From: Chitinophagales bacterium
GTDB taxonomy: Bacteria; Bacteroidota; Bacteroidia; Chitinophagales; UBA10324
Reading direction: 5' to 3'
Assembly (NCBI GenBank): GCA_038326325.1
Contig: JBBQJW010000016.1
Location: forward strand, 4,264-68,263
Length of the DNA stretch: 64,000 bases
The position numbers and the translations under genes are program-made. The notes beneath the pieces were generated by a model. That model saw nothing but the letters and a program-made list of their open reading frames with translations. It searched no databases and was not told the DNA's origin. Shown piece by piece: positions 49,341 to 60,169 of this stretch. Every line of letters starts with the position of its first letter. Position 1 is the stretch's first letter.

Positions 49341-52190
49341 ATGAATAAACTCAGATTTATCGCCTTCATTTTTCTTTCAGCCATCGTACTTAAAAGTTCG
49401 GCGCAGACTTTTCAGTTAAACGGAAGTACTGCAATGGTCAGCCCGAACTGTTACAGGTTAACTGATTCTGTTTTGTTACAGGCAGCAAGCATGTATAATC
49501 TGAATCAGATAAATCTGAACAATCCTTTTGACATATCATTTTATGTGAACTTCGGTTGTCATGATGCAAATGGCGCCGATGGTCTTGCCTTCATATTGCA
49601 GAACTCAACATCGGGTGTAACAGCCCTTGGCGGATTAGGTGCCGGAATGGGTTACTGTAACACTCCGACAATTACACCTTCACTTGCTATTGAGTACGAC
49701 AACAATCAAAATTCATTCGAAGGGTTTCCTGATCCTGCTTACGACCATCTTGCTATAATTAAGAATGGAGATTTGTTTACAAACCAAGCCGGACCGGTTC
49801 AGATTTCTGCAACAAATGCCAATGTAGAAGATTGCGGTTGTCACACTTCAAGAATTCAATGGACTCCAACATTGAATAGGCTCAGAGTTTATTTCGATGG
49901 CTCATTGCGAATGACTTACTTTAATAATATCATCACTAATTATTTCGGAGGCAATCCGAATGTGTATTGGGGATTTGGGGCCGGAACAGGAATTTATTAT
50001 AACATTCAAACCATCAGTTTTGATTTTGCAAATGCCGGAACTGATTTTTCAGTTTGCCAGAATGCTTCAGCACAAATGAATGGTACAGGTGGAAACAGTT
50101 ATGTGTGGTCGCCTTCTATCGGTTTGTCGAGTTCCACAATTGCCAACCCTACTGTTACACCTACAGCAAATACCACTTATACATTAACAACCATTAACAG
50201 TACAGGTTGTTCTGATACAGCTACTGTGAAAGTTACTCTGGCTCCGATGCCAACTTTAAATGCGGGAAGCGATAAAGCAATTTGCCCAGGAGGTTCGGTT
50301 ATTTTAACAGGAGTAGGAACAGGTAATTCTTACTTGTGGACCCCTTCAACAGGACTAAGTAGTAACACCACAATTTCAACAACTGCTTCGCCGATTTCAA
50401 CTACAACTTATACATTAATTGCAACCACTGCACTTGGATGTACTGCAGGTGATGCAGTTGTTGTAACAGTTTATCCTGCTGTAACAGCCGATGGAGGAAC
50501 TGCTCAAAGTGCTTGTTTGGGTGGAAGTGTTCAATTGAATGCTTCGGGTGGAATTTCGTATTTGTGGTCGCCGACAACCGGATTAAGTAATAGCACAATT
50601 AATAATCCATTGGCAACTGTTACTGTTAATACAACTTATACTGTAACAGTAGTGAATGACCTTGGCTGTTCCGGTACTGATACAGTTTCGATTCATGTGC
50701 TTCCGGCAGCAGTTGCCAATGCAGGAAGCGATGTGTCGGTTTGTCATAATTCAGCGATTCAGCTAAATGCAAGTGGCGGAGTTCAGTATTCATGGTCGCC
50801 TTCCACAGGATTATCTTCCTCCACTGTTTCAAATCCGTTTTGCATCGGGGGTGTAACAACTACTTATACTGTTACAGTGCACAATGCTGCGGGTTGTTCT
50901 GCAAGTGACCAGATTATTGTAACAGTTTTCCCTTCTCCGAATCCTCCTGATATTATTCCTGTGCAACCTACTATTTGCGCGGGTGCTTCAGTTACAATCA
51001 CGGCAAGCGGTTCTGTCAATTACAGTTGGTATCCAAGCACTGGGTTGAGCTTAACTTTCGGAGCTACGGTTGTGGCTTCGCCAACCATCACCACCAATTA
51101 TACCGTTGCAGGTTCAGATATTAACGGCTGTGTTTCGAGCCGCTTCTTTACTGTAATAGTTAATAATAATCCATCAATAGTTTCAACCACTGTTACAGAT
51201 GCAGGTTGCCCCGGCACCGGAGCCATCAATATTGGTTTGTCAGCCGGAACAGTTAATTCATTTGCATGGAGTAATGGGGCAACTACTGAAGACATCAATT
51301 CGCTTAGTGCCGGAAGTTACACTGTTACGGTCACAAGTAACGGATGTGTTGTTGTCAATTCCATTTCGGTTGGGCAGGCACCGCTTGATAAACCAACGAA
51401 TCTGGTGGTGAATAACATTACTTCGTGCGGCGCACGATTAAACTGGAGCGCGGTAGCGAACATGAGTTATTACAAAGTTCGTTTCCGTCAGGGCGGAACT
51501 ACTGTATGGTCCGCTGCTGTAAATGCAGGAGCTTCTCTTTATTATGATTTCACCGGATTGAATGCTGGTACTACTTATCAGTTTCAGGTTTCGGCTTATT
51601 GCCCTAACAATGCAACCGGCGGTTGGGTAACGAAGCAAGGGCTGACAAAAACATGCACCACTCCTGTTTCCATTGCTGTTTCTATCATCAGTGCAAACTC
51701 GGCTATTGTTTCATGGACGGCTTTGTGTTCGGCAAATTCTTATCAGTTGATTTACCGCAAGGTTGGCACGGCGCAATGGCAACAATCGAACACGACGCTT
51801 ACAACTGTTACACTCACTAATTTAATTGCTTCAACCACTTATGAGTATAAAATAAAGGCAGTTTGCATCGGCGGTGCATCGGCTTATTCTGTTCTTCAGA
51901 ATTTCACCACTCCGGCAATAAGAAGCGAAGATGCGGGAGCCGCTGATTTTAATTTGAATGTTTTTCCGAATCCGACTACGGGAATTTTTAATGTTGAATT
52001 AAAAACTTCGTCAAATGCTTATTCAATAATGCTCACAAATGTGTTAGGCGAAATTGTCTGGCGCAATGAAAATAACAGCACAACCGATATTCAAATTGAT
52101 TTGGGAAATGAAGCCGCTTCAGGAATTTATTTTCTGATATACCGCGACGAAAACAGAGTTGAAACCAAGAGGGTGATTTTGGAGCGATAA
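49341..52190 (+). CDS. T9SS-secreted protein with an L-type-lectin-like domain, five Ig-like repeats, a SprB-type repeat, two Fn3 domains and a CTD.
   Basis: The lectin-like region reads GADGLAFILQN...PSLAIEYDNNQN...DHLAIIKNGD. Five ~76-aa units follow (NAGSDxxxCxGxSVxLxASGGxSYxWSPSTGLSSSTxSNP...TTYTVT). The CTD is LNVFPNPTTGIFNVEL...GIYFLIYRDENRVETKRVILER. Confidence 0.85.
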   Translation: MNKLRFIAFIFLSAIVLKSSAQTFQLNGSTAMVSPNCYRLTDSVLLQAASMYNLNQINLNNPFDISFYVNFGCHDANGADGLAFILQNSTSGVTALGGLGAGMGYCNTPTITPSLAIEYDNNQNSFEGFPDPAYDHLAIIKNGDLFTNQAGPVQISATNANVEDCGCHTSRIQWTPTLNRLRVYFDGSLRMTYFNNIITNYFGGNPNVYWGFGAGTGIYYNIQTISFDFANAGTDFSVCQNASAQMNGTGGNSYVWSPSIGLSSSTIANPTVTPTANTTYTLTTINSTGCSDTATVKVTLAPMPTLNAGSDKAICPGGSVILTGVGTGNSYLWTPSTGLSSNTTISTTASPISTTTYTLIATTALGCTAGDAVVVTVYPAVTADGGTAQSACLGGSVQLNASGGISYLWSPTTGLSNSTINNPLATVTVNTTYTVTVVNDLGCSGTDTVSIHVLPAAVANAGSDVSVCHNSAIQLNASGGVQYSWSPSTGLSSSTVSNPFCIGGVTTTYTVTVHNAAGCSASDQIIVTVFPSPNPPDIIPVQPTICAGASVTITASGSVNYSWYPSTGLSLTFGATVVASPTITTNYTVAGSDINGCVSSRFFTVIVNNNPSIVSTTVTDAGCPGTGAINIGLSAGTVNSFAWSNGATTEDINSLSAGSYTVTVTSNGCVVVNSISVGQAPLDKPTNLVVNNITSCGARLNWSAVANMSYYKVRFRQGGTTVWSAAVNAGASLYYDFTGLNAGTTYQFQVSAYCPNNATGGWVTKQGLTKTCTTPVSIAVSIISANSAIVSWTALCSANSYQLIYRKVGTAQWQQSNTTLTTVTLTNLIASTTYEYKIKAVCIGGASAYSVLQNFTTPAIRSEDAGAADFNLNVFPNPTTGIFNVELKTSSNAYSIMLTNVLGEIVWRNENNSTTDIQIDLGNEAASGIYFLIYRDENRVETKRVILER

Positions 52191-52273
52191 TGTTTTAGCC
52201 GGTCAACTTAACTGATAACATAAATTTAACATCAGGGCAACCATCGCTTCATAACTGTGCTGGAATATTTGCA

Positions 52274-52663
52274 ATGAAAAAATTGCAGATGGCTATAGCA
52301 ACAAAAATTTTATTAGTGGATGATGAACAGGATATTCTTGATTTGCTAAGTTATAATTTCAAGAAGCAGGGCTATGAAGTGCACACAGCTTTGGATGGCA
52401 ACGAAGCCATTGCCGAAGTGGGCTTGTTTCATCCAGATGTAATTGTTTCAGACATATTAATGCCGAACAGTAGTGGTATAAAAATGTGCAGAGAATTAAA
52501 AGCCGATGAGCGGTATAAGAATATCCCTGTTATTTTTTTAAGCGCAGCCAACGACGATTACCTCGCATTGAGCTCTCTTGATGCCGGTGCAATAAAGTAT
52601 TTATCGAAGCCCGTTCATATTCCGTTACTTTTTGATTTAGTAAAGAAGGTAGTGTTACACTAA
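52274..52663 (+). CDS. Stand-alone receiver-domain response regulator (CheY-like).
   Basis: KILLVDDEQDILDLL, VIVSDILMPNSSG and YLSKP are present. The size is 129 aa and there is no output domain. Confidence 0.85.
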   Translation: MKKLQMAIATKILLVDDEQDILDLLSYNFKKQGYEVHTALDGNEAIAEVGLFHPDVIVSDILMPNSSGIKMCRELKADERYKNIPVIFLSAANDDYLALSSLDAGAIKYLSKPVHIPLLFDLVKKVVLH

Positions 52664-53862
52664 ATAACCTGAAGTAAAAATCCTTTTAGATAATTTGTTT
52701 CAGGTATTTGCCAGATTATAGGATGATCTTTTGACTGAGCAAACACTTCCACCTGACGAATTTTTTTTCCGGCATCAATAGCTGCTGAATACACTGCATC
52801 GAAAAATAAATCGGGAGTCATAAAATGCGAACAAGAGAAAGTGAGAAGGAAACCGCCACTGCGAACTAATTGCATTGCACGCAAATTCACTTCTTTATAA
52901 CCACGAGCAGCAGAACTTGTGCCCGCACGGTTTTTTGTAAATGCAGGTGGGTCAAGAATTACAACATCAAATTGTTTTTTTTCGCGCACCAACTGTGGCA
53001 ATAAGTCGAAAGCATTTGCAGCTTTGAATTCGCAATTATTTTCAAATCCATTTAATGCTGCATTTTCTTCAGCTTGTGCAATGGCTGCTTCGGAAACATC
53101 TAAACCTAAAACCTGTCTCGCGCCAAAGTGTGCCGCCTGCATACTGAAAGAACCGGTGTAACAGAAACAGTCAAGAACCGATTGGTCTTTAACAAAATTT
53201 TTCATTGCCAACCTGTTTTCTTTCTGGTCGAGAAAAAAACCTGTCTTCTGTCCTTCAACAATATCAATATTTATTTTCACACCACATTCATTAATCACAA
53301 ATGAAGTAGGAAAGGGTTCGGTTAAAAATCCTTTTTGTTCTTCTAACCCTTCAAGTTTTCGAACAGGAATATCATTTCGCTCATACACTCCAATCGGTTT
53401 TAATAAATCCGTTACAGCAGCAACAATTTCATTTTTCCATTTTTCCATTCCGAGTGCGAGTGTCTGTAACACTATCACATCACCGAATTTATCCAACACC
53501 AATCCGGGAAGAAAATCACCTTCGCCAAAAACAATTCTGTAATTTTCAGTGTATCCTAATTTTTTTCGGTAGTCAATACAGTTTTTAATTTTCTGATAAA
53601 AGAAAGCAGCATCAATCTTTTCATCCATCATTGTCAGCAACCGAACACGCAATTTCGATTGCGGATTGTAATATCCCTTTCCTATCAGGTTCTTTCCGGC
53701 ATCAATTACAGTTACAATATCGCCTGGCTGCGGATTGCCCTTTGTTTCCGCCACTTCATTATCGTAAACCCACGGATGCCCTTCGCGATTTCTGTTTCCT
53801 TTCCCTTTATTCAATATGATTTCTGCCATGCTTTTTAAATTTGAGGGCGCAAAGAAAGTCAT
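52660..53862 (-). CDS. rlmI: Class I SAM-dependent rRNA methyltransferase (RlmI-like, PUA plus MTase).
   Basis: An N-terminal PUA-like region (GHPWVYDNEV) is present. The SAM motif is VLDCFCYTGSFSMQAA and the catalytic motif is DVVILDPPAF. Confidence 0.8.
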   Translation of the reverse strand: MTFFAPSNLKSMAEIILNKGKGNRNREGHPWVYDNEVAETKGNPQPGDIVTVIDAGKNLIGKGYYNPQSKLRVRLLTMMDEKIDAAFFYQKIKNCIDYRKKLGYTENYRIVFGEGDFLPGLVLDKFGDVIVLQTLALGMEKWKNEIVAAVTDLLKPIGVYERNDIPVRKLEGLEEQKGFLTEPFPTSFVINECGVKINIDIVEGQKTGFFLDQKENRLAMKNFVKDQSVLDCFCYTGSFSMQAAHFGARQVLGLDVSEAAIAQAEENAALNGFENNCEFKAANAFDLLPQLVREKKQFDVVILDPPAFTKNRAGTSSAARGYKEVNLRAMQLVRSGGFLLTFSCSHFMTPDLFFDAVYSAAIDAGKKIRQVEVFAQSKDHPIIWQIPETNYLKGFLLQVI

Positions 53863-53907
53863 TTAAAATTAGCCGGGGAGCAATAGTCCCTTGTCCTTAG
53901 TTACTGA

Positions 53908-53943
53908 ATAAAATAAAAAGCGCCCTGAATTGTTCAGAGCGCC
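53908..53943 (-). terminator. Rho-independent terminator of the 53969..55831 gene.
   Basis: The minus strand reads GCGCTCTGAA-CAA-TTCAGGGCGC (10 bp with one G-U pair) followed by TTTTTATTTT. Confidence 0.7.
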
Positions 53944-53968
53944 ATCCTTCAAAATTTAAACTTAAAAT

Positions 53969-55831
53969 TTATTCAGTCTTTACCAATTTCAATATTGACT
54001 TATCTCCGTTTTCATTGATTGATTCAAGTAAGTAAATGCCGGAAGGCAATTCGCTGCCTAATTTAATCAGTCCAACTGGATTACTGTAACGGTAAAGTAT
54101 TTTCCCTTGCAAATCCATCAAATCCATAACTGTTACATCGTCAGATTTTATTTCAACCGAAAAATCTTCTGAGGATGGATTTGGATAAACTTTTATCGCG
54201 GTTTCAGTTTTAACGGCGTTGTTTTCTTCTTCACGGCAATTAGAAATATAAACAACCACCTGAGCTGAAACTTTGCTGCAACCTAAACTGCTTGTAACAA
54301 CAACTTTATATTTCCCATTAGTGGAAGGAACATAATTAATGTTAGTTGCTCCCGATATCGTTGAGCCACTTTTCTTCCACTGATATATATATCCAGTACC
54401 TGAATTTGCCTGAAGTAATACTGTGTTCGGTAAACAAACATGTTGCGTATCGCTTGGAGTAATCGTTGAAGCTGGGGTTACTTTTCGTTGTACATAAATT
54501 TCATTACTGCTATTGTTACAAATCATCACTTTGTAAGTTCCAGTTAGAGTAGCAGTGTATGAAATATTGGTAGCGCCATTTAGGGCAATATTGTTTTTAT
54601 ACCACTGATAAGAATATCCTGTAGGTAAAGCATTAAGAATAACATGACCGGGCGTACAATATGAAGTCGGTCCGGCAGCAGTAATGGTCGGAGTAATTAT
54701 TCTTGACAGTTTAAAGATTCCGCCATTCGAAGTGTAACCTCCATTCATTGCATAAATAGAACCATCAGCACCCATTTGCAATGTTGTTAAACCTCCGCTC
54801 GAAGTTAAATCTGTAATTAAAGTTTTTGATGTAACAGTATTGTATGCCGGAGCATTTCCCATTACCACATCCCATATTTCACCAACATCATTGTTAGCAA
54901 TAATCACATGATTTTTATATTCAGGAAACATGCAGCCGCTATAAAAAATTATTCCTGTTACAGCATTCAAAGGCGCTGTCCAAACAGTAAGCGGATTAAT
55001 TAAGCCGACGATGTTACAGGGGTTGCTGTTGCCGTATTGCAGATTGCCCTCACAAGTTTGCCATCCATAATTTCCTCCCTTACGGCCAAGGTTCATTTCA
55101 TCTTGTGTGTTCTCACCATTTTCAGAAATGTATAATGAATCATTTGACCCAAAGCAAAAATCAAACGGATTACGATGACCGTATTCCCAGATTCTATCGT
55201 CATTTAAAGTGGTTGGATTTCCGTCATCATAAAATGGATTGTTAGTTGGAATTGTTCCATCTTTATTAATGCGAAGAATTTTTCCGAATGGATTTGTTTT
55301 CAATTGTGCGTTTGTAGGAGTTGCTAGTTCTCCAATAGAAACATACAATTTTCCATCAGAAGGGCGGAAGTGAACATTGCCTCCGACATGATTTCCCGGA
55401 ATGGAATTGGAAACTGGAATATTTAAAATCACAGTAGGATTTGTTCCCACATTATTATTGTCAGTAAAACGAATTACACGCAATGCCTGATTGCCCGTTG
55501 AATTATTTGGCCAGCGATGATTATAGTAAGCATATACATAGTGATTTGTGTTGTAATCGGGATCGAAACAAATACCAAGTAAACCTCTTTCGAAATTATT
55601 GATAACTGAATCCGCAAGGTTATAAAATGTTCCAAGCGAAGTTCCGGAAGAATTGTAAACTACAATTTGTCCCGCTTTAAGGGTGACAAAGAAGCGACCA
55701 TCATTAGGTGTAATTGAAAATGCTACAGGCTGATTTAACCCTGAGAAAACAGTGGTTTGTGTAAATGGTAACTGAGCAAAACTGTTAAATGTACAGAGCA
55801 GTGTAACAAATAGCACGACGATTTTTTTCAT
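53969..55831 (-). CDS. T9SS-secreted PQQ-dependent sugar (glucose/sorbosone) dehydrogenase-like beta-propeller with Ig-like domains.
   Basis: The Met at 55831 gives the signal peptide MKKIVVLFVTLLCTFNSFAQ. Family motifs are RGLLGICFDPDY, NHVGGNVHF and YGHRNPFDF. The CTD reads IKVYPNPSSEDFSVEI...GIYLLESINENGDKSILKLVKTE. Confidence 0.85.
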   Translation of the reverse strand: MKKIVVLFVTLLCTFNSFAQLPFTQTTVFSGLNQPVAFSITPNDGRFFVTLKAGQIVVYNSSGTSLGTFYNLADSVINNFERGLLGICFDPDYNTNHYVYAYYNHRWPNNSTGNQALRVIRFTDNNNVGTNPTVILNIPVSNSIPGNHVGGNVHFRPSDGKLYVSIGELATPTNAQLKTNPFGKILRINKDGTIPTNNPFYDDGNPTTLNDDRIWEYGHRNPFDFCFGSNDSLYISENGENTQDEMNLGRKGGNYGWQTCEGNLQYGNSNPCNIVGLINPLTVWTAPLNAVTGIIFYSGCMFPEYKNHVIIANNDVGEIWDVVMGNAPAYNTVTSKTLITDLTSSGGLTTLQMGADGSIYAMNGGYTSNGGIFKLSRIITPTITAAGPTSYCTPGHVILNALPTGYSYQWYKNNIALNGATNISYTATLTGTYKVMICNNSSNEIYVQRKVTPASTITPSDTQHVCLPNTVLLQANSGTGYIYQWKKSGSTISGATNINYVPSTNGKYKVVVTSSLGCSKVSAQVVVYISNCREEENNAVKTETAIKVYPNPSSEDFSVEIKSDDVTVMDLMDLQGKILYRYSNPVGLIKLGSELPSGIYLLESINENGDKSILKLVKTE

Positions 55832-56001
55832 AAGTGTTTTGGTTTTGTTATATAAAAATACAATCTGATTAATGAAAGAATGGAGAAGCAAAAAAATTTT
55901 TCACTAAAGGAAAAATATTCTTTTTAAAATATTTTGAAATGCAACAATTCCATCCAAAAAAATCTTGGCTACATTTGGTCACTTCTTAAAATAAAAACAG
56001 A

Positions 56002-57918
56002 ATGAAAAAAACTTTAAGCATTGTAATTTTTTTACTCATGAGTGTAACAGGGCTGTTTGCACAACTTCCTACTGTTACATTCACTCAATGGCCAAGCGCT
56101 TCAGCTACTTTCACTTATCCGCTGTTGGTTACAAACTGTGGCGATAACCGTGAGTTTGTTGTGCAGCGAAATGGCATAATTAAAATCGTTGATTCGCTGG
56201 GAAATATTCTTGCAACTCCTTTTATAGATATTGGAAATTTAACTGATTACGGAAACTATAACGAAGAAGGTTTACTGGGTTTGGCTTTCGATCCGCACTA
56301 CAAAAGCAATGGATATTTTTATGTGAATTATACCGGTTCAGACAATAATCCTGGACCAACTCATATTGTCCGTTACAGTGTAAGCGCAACTGATACGAAT
56401 ATTGCCAACCCTGCAAGCGCCTTTGAGCTGCTTACTTTTTCTCAGCCTTATGTAAATCATAATGGCGGTAATTTAACTTTTGGTCCTGATGGATATTTAT
56501 ACGACGGACAAGGAGACGGGGGCAGTGGTGGAGATCCAGGTAATAGGGCGCAGAACAAAAAGCAATACTTAGGAAAAATTTTGCGTATTGATCCGAACGG
56601 TGGAACACCTTATGCAATTCCGCCTTCAAATCCTTTTGCAAATGATACCGCGAATTATTATCCTGAGATCTGGGATTTGGGAATGCGCAATCCCTGGAGA
56701 TTTAATTTTGACAGAATCACAGGTGATTTATGGATTGGTGATGTTGGTCAGAATTTATATGAAGAAGTTGATTTCGAACCTGCAGGTTTTACAGGAGGAA
56801 ATAATGATGGATGGCATTGCAGAGAAGGTTTGCATTCGTATACAGCCGGAGCAGGTGACTGTAACGGTACTGTTGGGTTAACTGATCCGATTTATGAATA
56901 TGGTCATGTTGGCGGTGCCTGTTCTATCTCAGGTGGATATGTTTATCGCGGCACGCAGTATCATGATTTATGGGGGCGTTACTTATATACAGATTATTGC
57001 AAAGGCGCTTTGTGGTCCATCACTCCAAACGGTTCAGGCGGTTGGCACAACGATACACTCGGTCAGTTTACAGCAAACACATATAGTAGTTTCGGGCAGG
57101 ATACTTATGGCGAAATGTATGTCTGTGCACACAACAGCAATAAGGTTTACAAAATCAGTTCAGCTGATTGCAAGCCCGTTGCATATATTCTTCAACAAGA
57201 TGGCTCTGGGATTTGCGAAGGCTCTCCGCTTCACGCTCTTTATGGTATTGGGTTAACCTATCAATGGCAAACAAATAATTCTGACATATCGGGCGCTACT
57301 TCTTCTGATTATTTGCCATTAGCAAGTGGAGGTTATCGTGTGATTGTAACCAAGGGAGCATGCAGTGATACATCTGTTGTTTCAAATATCACTATTAATC
57401 CTCTCCCAACAGTTTCTTTTCCAACTCCTATCTCGGGTGTCACTGTTTTATGCAGTAATAATCCAGCAGATATTAATCTCATTGGTCTTCCTTCCGGAGG
57501 AATGTTCTCAGGTGCAGGAGTAGCCGGTGCAGCTTGCAATGTATTTGGTTTTGCCAGTGGAACTGATACTATAACTTATGTTTATACAGATGTGAACGGA
57601 TGCAGTAATTCCATAACAAATTATTATCCTGTTCAGGTTTGTGAGGGAGTTCCATTTGTAAATACTGTTTCTGATGTAACAGTTTTTCCTAGCCCGAATC
57701 ATGGCGATTTTAATTTAAGTATTCATTCAGTAAAATCACAGAATTTAGTTCTTGAAATTTATAATGCTTTTGGGCAACTGCAGTTGCAAAAACCTATTTC
57801 ACTCGCTAAAGGGAAATCTGATGAAAAGATTCACCTGAGCAATGTGGCTCCTGGCGTTTACCGTTACACCTTAAAAGGAAATGAAGCACTTGATAACGGA
57901 AGTTTTATTGTTGAATAA
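56002..57918 (+). CDS. T9SS-secreted PQQ-dependent sugar dehydrogenase-like beta-propeller, a divergent paralogue of the neighbouring gene.
   Basis: Family motifs are EGLLGLAFDPHY, HNGGNLTFGPDGYLY and GMRNPWRFNFD. The CTD reads VTVFPSPNHGDFNLSI...GVYRYTLKGNEALDNGSFIVE. Confidence 0.85.
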   Translation: MKKTLSIVIFLLMSVTGLFAQLPTVTFTQWPSASATFTYPLLVTNCGDNREFVVQRNGIIKIVDSLGNILATPFIDIGNLTDYGNYNEEGLLGLAFDPHYKSNGYFYVNYTGSDNNPGPTHIVRYSVSATDTNIANPASAFELLTFSQPYVNHNGGNLTFGPDGYLYDGQGDGGSGGDPGNRAQNKKQYLGKILRIDPNGGTPYAIPPSNPFANDTANYYPEIWDLGMRNPWRFNFDRITGDLWIGDVGQNLYEEVDFEPAGFTGGNNDGWHCREGLHSYTAGAGDCNGTVGLTDPIYEYGHVGGACSISGGYVYRGTQYHDLWGRYLYTDYCKGALWSITPNGSGGWHNDTLGQFTANTYSSFGQDTYGEMYVCAHNSNKVYKISSADCKPVAYILQQDGSGICEGSPLHALYGIGLTYQWQTNNSDISGATSSDYLPLASGGYRVIVTKGACSDTSVVSNITINPLPTVSFPTPISGVTVLCSNNPADINLIGLPSGGMFSGAGVAGAACNVFGFASGTDTITYVYTDVNGCSNSITNYYPVQVCEGVPFVNTVSDVTVFPSPNHGDFNLSIHSVKSQNLVLEIYNAFGQLQLQKPISLAKGKSDEKIHLSNVAPGVYRYTLKGNEALDNGSFIVE

Positions 57919-57942
57919 CAGAATGAAATTATAAATCATAAA

Positions 57943-57979
57943 ATTGCCACTCAGGTTTTTCCTTTGTGGCAATTTTTTT
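57943..57979 (+). terminator. Rho-independent terminator.
   Basis: ATTGCCAC-(15 nt)-GTGGCAAT is an 8-bp stem followed by TTTTTTT. Confidence 0.7.
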
Positions 57980-57996
57980 AAAACTAATTTGAGTCA

Positions 57997-59601
57997 GTGA
58001 AAAAAATAATCTTCATTCTTTCAACTCTGATTTTTTCAGGGGAAATAAAAACTGTTACAGCACAAACTGATTTCGTTGTTGAAGTGGATACTTTTAGTTT
58101 GACTGTTCCGCCTGCGGTTCATTCAGGTGCTTTCGCTCAATGGAATAACAAATGGATTTTTATAGGAGGAAGAAAGAACGGGCTGCATGGTTTTCTTCCG
58201 CCATTTGCTTTCCCGATTGAAAATGTAAACTCGGATGTAATTGTTGTTGACCCTGTAAATAATCAAACCTGGACTTCTTCAGTTGATTCGCTTCCTATTG
58301 ATATGGCAGAACCATTAGAGAGCAGTAATATGGAATACTATCAGCAGGATTCAATGCTCTACATGATTGGGGGTTATGGTTGGAAAAATTCATTGAGTGC
58401 ATTTCATACTTACAATACGGTTACAGCCATCAATATTCCTTCACTTATGAATGCAGTAATAAATAACACTACCATCGTTCCTTATTTCAGGCAGTCAAGC
58501 GATAGTTTATTGCAGGTCTGCGGTGGCGATATGGAGAAAATTGATTCGGTTTATTATCTGGTATTCGGTCATTCATTTGAAGGAACTTATAATGTGTTAG
58601 ATACGATTGGTTTTTTTGTACAGCACTACACAAGACAGATTCGCAAGTTTCAGATTCATGACGATGGAGTTAATCTTTCCATTTACAACACTGTTGCACT
58701 AACTGATTCAGCTGATTTCAGAAGAAGAGATTTTAATCTCGTTCCGCAGATTTTTCCGAATGGCGAATATGGATTAACTGCTTTCACAGGAGTTTTTCAG
58801 CAAGGAATTAATTTACCTTATCTGAATACGATTGATATAAAATCATCAGGCTATAATATTGTTACAGGGTTCAATCAAAACCTAAGTCAGTATCACTGCG
58901 CGGTAATGCCGATGTACGATGACACCGGAAATAATATGTACTCTGTTTTTTTCGGAGGCATGAGTATGTATCGGTTGGACACAATTAATAACACACTTGT
59001 AACTGATTCATTAGTTCCATTTACGAAAACTATAAGTATGGTGAAACGCGATGGAGCCGGGCTAATGACTGAATATAAACTACCCATTGAGTGGCCAACT
59101 TATCTTGGAACTAACTCTTACTTTATTGTCAATAATTCCAATTCACTTTACGATAATAAGATAATCAACCTCGATTCCATTCATCAGAAAACATTAGTCG
59201 GATATGTAGTTGGTGGCATCGAAAGCCCTGACAGCAATATAGCTGCAACGGGTTCAACACTAAGTCATGCAAGTACAAGACTGTTTAAAGTTTATATAAA
59301 ACGACTTAATGATGGGATTAATGATTTCCCCATTGTAAAAGAACCGGTAAGCCTTGTTTGTTATCCGAATCCGTTTAAAGGGAAAATAAATTTTGAATTA
59401 TCTGCTGTACAAAATACAAGTGTAACAGTTACTATATTGGATGTGAATGGAAATACTTTAGAAACTCTTTTTAATAAATCGCTGAATGCAGGAAGAACTT
59501 CGTTTCAATGGAACGCGAAGCATTTGGCAAGCGGTATTTATTTCTGTAGGGTAAGAACAAATAACTATTCAAAAATTTATAAATTGGTTCTGACAGATTA
59601 G
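57997..59601 (+). CDS. T9SS-secreted protein, probably a kelch-like beta-propeller.
   Basis: A GTG start gives MKKIIFILSTLIFSG. Kelch-like segments are present (WIFIGGRKNG, MLYMIGGYGW, YSVFFGGMSMY). The CTD reads LVCYPNPFKGKINFEL...GIYFCRVRTNNYSKIYKLVLTD. The gene ends with TAG. Confidence 0.7.
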   Translation: MKKIIFILSTLIFSGEIKTVTAQTDFVVEVDTFSLTVPPAVHSGAFAQWNNKWIFIGGRKNGLHGFLPPFAFPIENVNSDVIVVDPVNNQTWTSSVDSLPIDMAEPLESSNMEYYQQDSMLYMIGGYGWKNSLSAFHTYNTVTAINIPSLMNAVINNTTIVPYFRQSSDSLLQVCGGDMEKIDSVYYLVFGHSFEGTYNVLDTIGFFVQHYTRQIRKFQIHDDGVNLSIYNTVALTDSADFRRRDFNLVPQIFPNGEYGLTAFTGVFQQGINLPYLNTIDIKSSGYNIVTGFNQNLSQYHCAVMPMYDDTGNNMYSVFFGGMSMYRLDTINNTLVTDSLVPFTKTISMVKRDGAGLMTEYKLPIEWPTYLGTNSYFIVNNSNSLYDNKIINLDSIHQKTLVGYVVGGIESPDSNIAATGSTLSHASTRLFKVYIKRLNDGINDFPIVKEPVSLVCYPNPFKGKINFELSAVQNTSVTVTILDVNGNTLETLFNKSLNAGRTSFQWNAKHLASGIYFCRVRTNNYSKIYKLVLTD

Positions 59602-59630
59602 TCAAGACCACACCACACAAACTCTTTCTA

Positions 59631-60050
59631 TTAAAATCTTTCCAATTCTGAAAAGAAAAAGTTTCCTTCAACAACTGCATTATCATCGGAGTCGCTGCCA
59701 TGAACTGCATTCTTATCAATGCTCTCCGCATAAAGTTTTCTGATAGTGCCGGCTTCAGCATTTGCAGGATTTGTTGCGCCAATCAGTTTACGGAAATCTT
59801 CAACAGCATTTTCTTTTTCCAATATTGCCGGGATAATTGCACCTGAGCTCATGAAAGTACAAAGGTCATTATAGAAAGGGCGTTCGCGGTGTATGTAATA
59901 AAATTTGCAAGCCTGTTCAAAGGTCAATTGCATTTGCTTCATTGCAATAATTTTAAATCCTGCCTCCTGAATCTGTTTCAATATAGCACCACCAAAAGCT
60001 TTTTCAACTGCATCGGGCTTAATCATAGTAAAGGTTCTGTTTCCGCTCAT
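59631..60050 (-). CDS. ndk: Nucleoside-diphosphate kinase.
   Basis: [12 protein letters not shown] and the active-site NAVHGSDS are present. The size is 139 aa. Confidence 0.95.
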   Translation of the reverse strand: MSGNRTFTMIKPDAVEKAFGGAILKQIQEAGFKIIAMKQMQLTFEQACKFYYIHRERPFYNDLCTFMSSGAIIPAILEKENAVEDFRKLIGATNPANAEAGTIRKLYAESIDKNAVHGSDSDDNAVVEGNFFFSELERF

Positions 60051-60169
60051 CGTTTAATTATTTAAAATCTTTTTTTAAGGAGGCGCAAAAATATACGCCC
60101 GCAATTAGCAACTGCATTTCTATCAAAAAATATTTTATCCTTGAGCCACGAAATTAATTTCACGCAACG

